DNA from: Mycoplasmoides pneumoniae FH
Lineage (GTDB): Bacteria > Bacillota_I > Bacilli_A > Mycoplasmatales > Mycoplasmoidaceae
Length of the DNA: 32,000 nt
Reading direction: 5' to 3'
Assembly: GCF_001272835.1 (NCBI RefSeq)
Contig: NZ_CP010546.1
Span: 572,809-604,808, forward strand
Shown here piece by piece: positions 31,243 through 32,000 of this stretch (its first letter is position 1; every line of letters starts with the position of its first letter). The notes beneath the pieces were generated by a model that worked only from the letters and a program-made list of their open reading frames with translations, was not told where the DNA came from and did not search any database. Both the position numbers and the translations under genes were made by a program.

Positions 31243-32000
31243 TCCCCTCCCCCTCACGGGTGAAAACCCCGGCGCTTGGGCCTTAGTGCGCGATAACATT
31301 GCCAAGGGCATCACTGCCGGTAGTAACACCCAACAAACCACGTATGATCCCACCCGAACCGAGGCCACCTTGACCACCGCCACCACCTTTGCGTTACGCC
31401 GGTATGACCTCGCCGGGCGCGCCTTATACGACCTCGATTTTTCGAAGTTAAACCCACAAACGCCCACGCGCGACCAAACCGGGCAGATCACCTTTAACCC
31501 CTTTGGCGGCTTTGGGCTGAGTGGGGCTGCACCCCAACAGTGAAACGAGGTCAAGGATAAGGTCCCCGTCGAGGTGGCCCAAGACCCCTCCAATCCTTAT
31601 CGGTTTGCCGTTTTACTCGTGCCGCGCAGCGTGGTGTACTATGAGCAGTTGCAGCGGGGGTTAGCGCTCCCTAACCAAGGGAGTTCGTCAGGCTCCGGTC
31701 AACAAAACACCACCATTGGCGCGTATGGGCTGAAGGTGAAAAACGCCGAGGCGGACACCGCGAAGAGCAATGAAAAACTCCAGGGCTATGAATCCAAGTC
31801 TTCCAATGGATCTTCAAGCACTTCCACCACCCAACGTGGGGGTTCGTCAAATGAAAACAAAGTCAAGGCGTTGCAGGTGGCGGTGAAAAAGAAATCCGGG
31901 AGTCAGGGCAACTCCGGTGACCAAGGCACCGAACAGGTGGAACTTGAATCTAATGATTTAGCCAACGCCCCGATTAAACGGGGCTCCAATAACAACCAGC
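31243..32000 (+). repeat. RepMP4-like fragment of P1 adhesin N-terminal region (continues past window)
   Basis: [138 protein letters not shown]. Confidence 0.93.
31286..32000 (+). CDS. P1-adhesin-like protein encoded by the RepMP4 copy, partial (GTG start possible)
   Basis: ORF 31286..31543 continues via TGA(Trp) to the window edge without TAA/TAG in that frame. Confidence 0.65.

Noticed and set aside
1-32000. TGA interruptions as pseudogene signals
   Set aside because: TGA encodes Trp in mycoplasmas; all such splits rejoin in-frame into full-length known families. Only the TAA at 26686..26688 resists this explanation.
1-32000. rRNA, tRNA, IS/transposase, prophage or defence-system genes
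   Set aside because: No tRNA-like cloverleaf, rRNA segment, transposase, restriction or phage motif was recognised on either strand by eye; a tRNAscan/Rfam search would be needed to exclude small RNAs.

Overview
The window reads as a Mycoplasma (Mycoplasmoides) pneumoniae chromosome segment. TGA must be read as Trp (code 4): almost every real gene is split by TGA in the supplied ORF track and rejoins in one frame. Contents: (1) a tightly packed minus-strand housekeeping cluster (coiled-coil/cytadherence-type protein, der, cmk, membrane protein, YebC-like, azoreductase/acpD-like, valS, engB/yihA, UPF0154), 1..8794; (2) a GT2 glycosyltransferase, 8853..9878; (3) an accessory DUF16 (RepMP1-like) block plus a truncated duplicate of a large lipoprotein gene; (4) a cysteine desulfurase + SufU/IscU pair; (5) a 1366-aa MG338-type lipoprotein; (6) recA followed by a strong hairpin terminator; (7) a membrane nuclease (mnuA type); (8) an ascorbate PTS/catabolism (ula) locus, whose ulaG-like frame carries an in-frame TAA at codon 54; (9) P1-adhesin repeat fragments (RepMP2/3-like and RepMP4-like) flanking a second DUF16 gene. 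I see no convincing wholly new biological system. The best leads are the ulaG nonsense codon, a ~1.43-kb direct duplication flanking the sufS/sufU genes with a localised divergence patch, a conserved small ORF overlapping the start of both DUF16 genes, repeated terminator/palindrome structures, a 21-bp coiled-coil VNTR, and a five-fold short peptide motif in the first protein. Product names are recognised from memory of the families; no database search was run.
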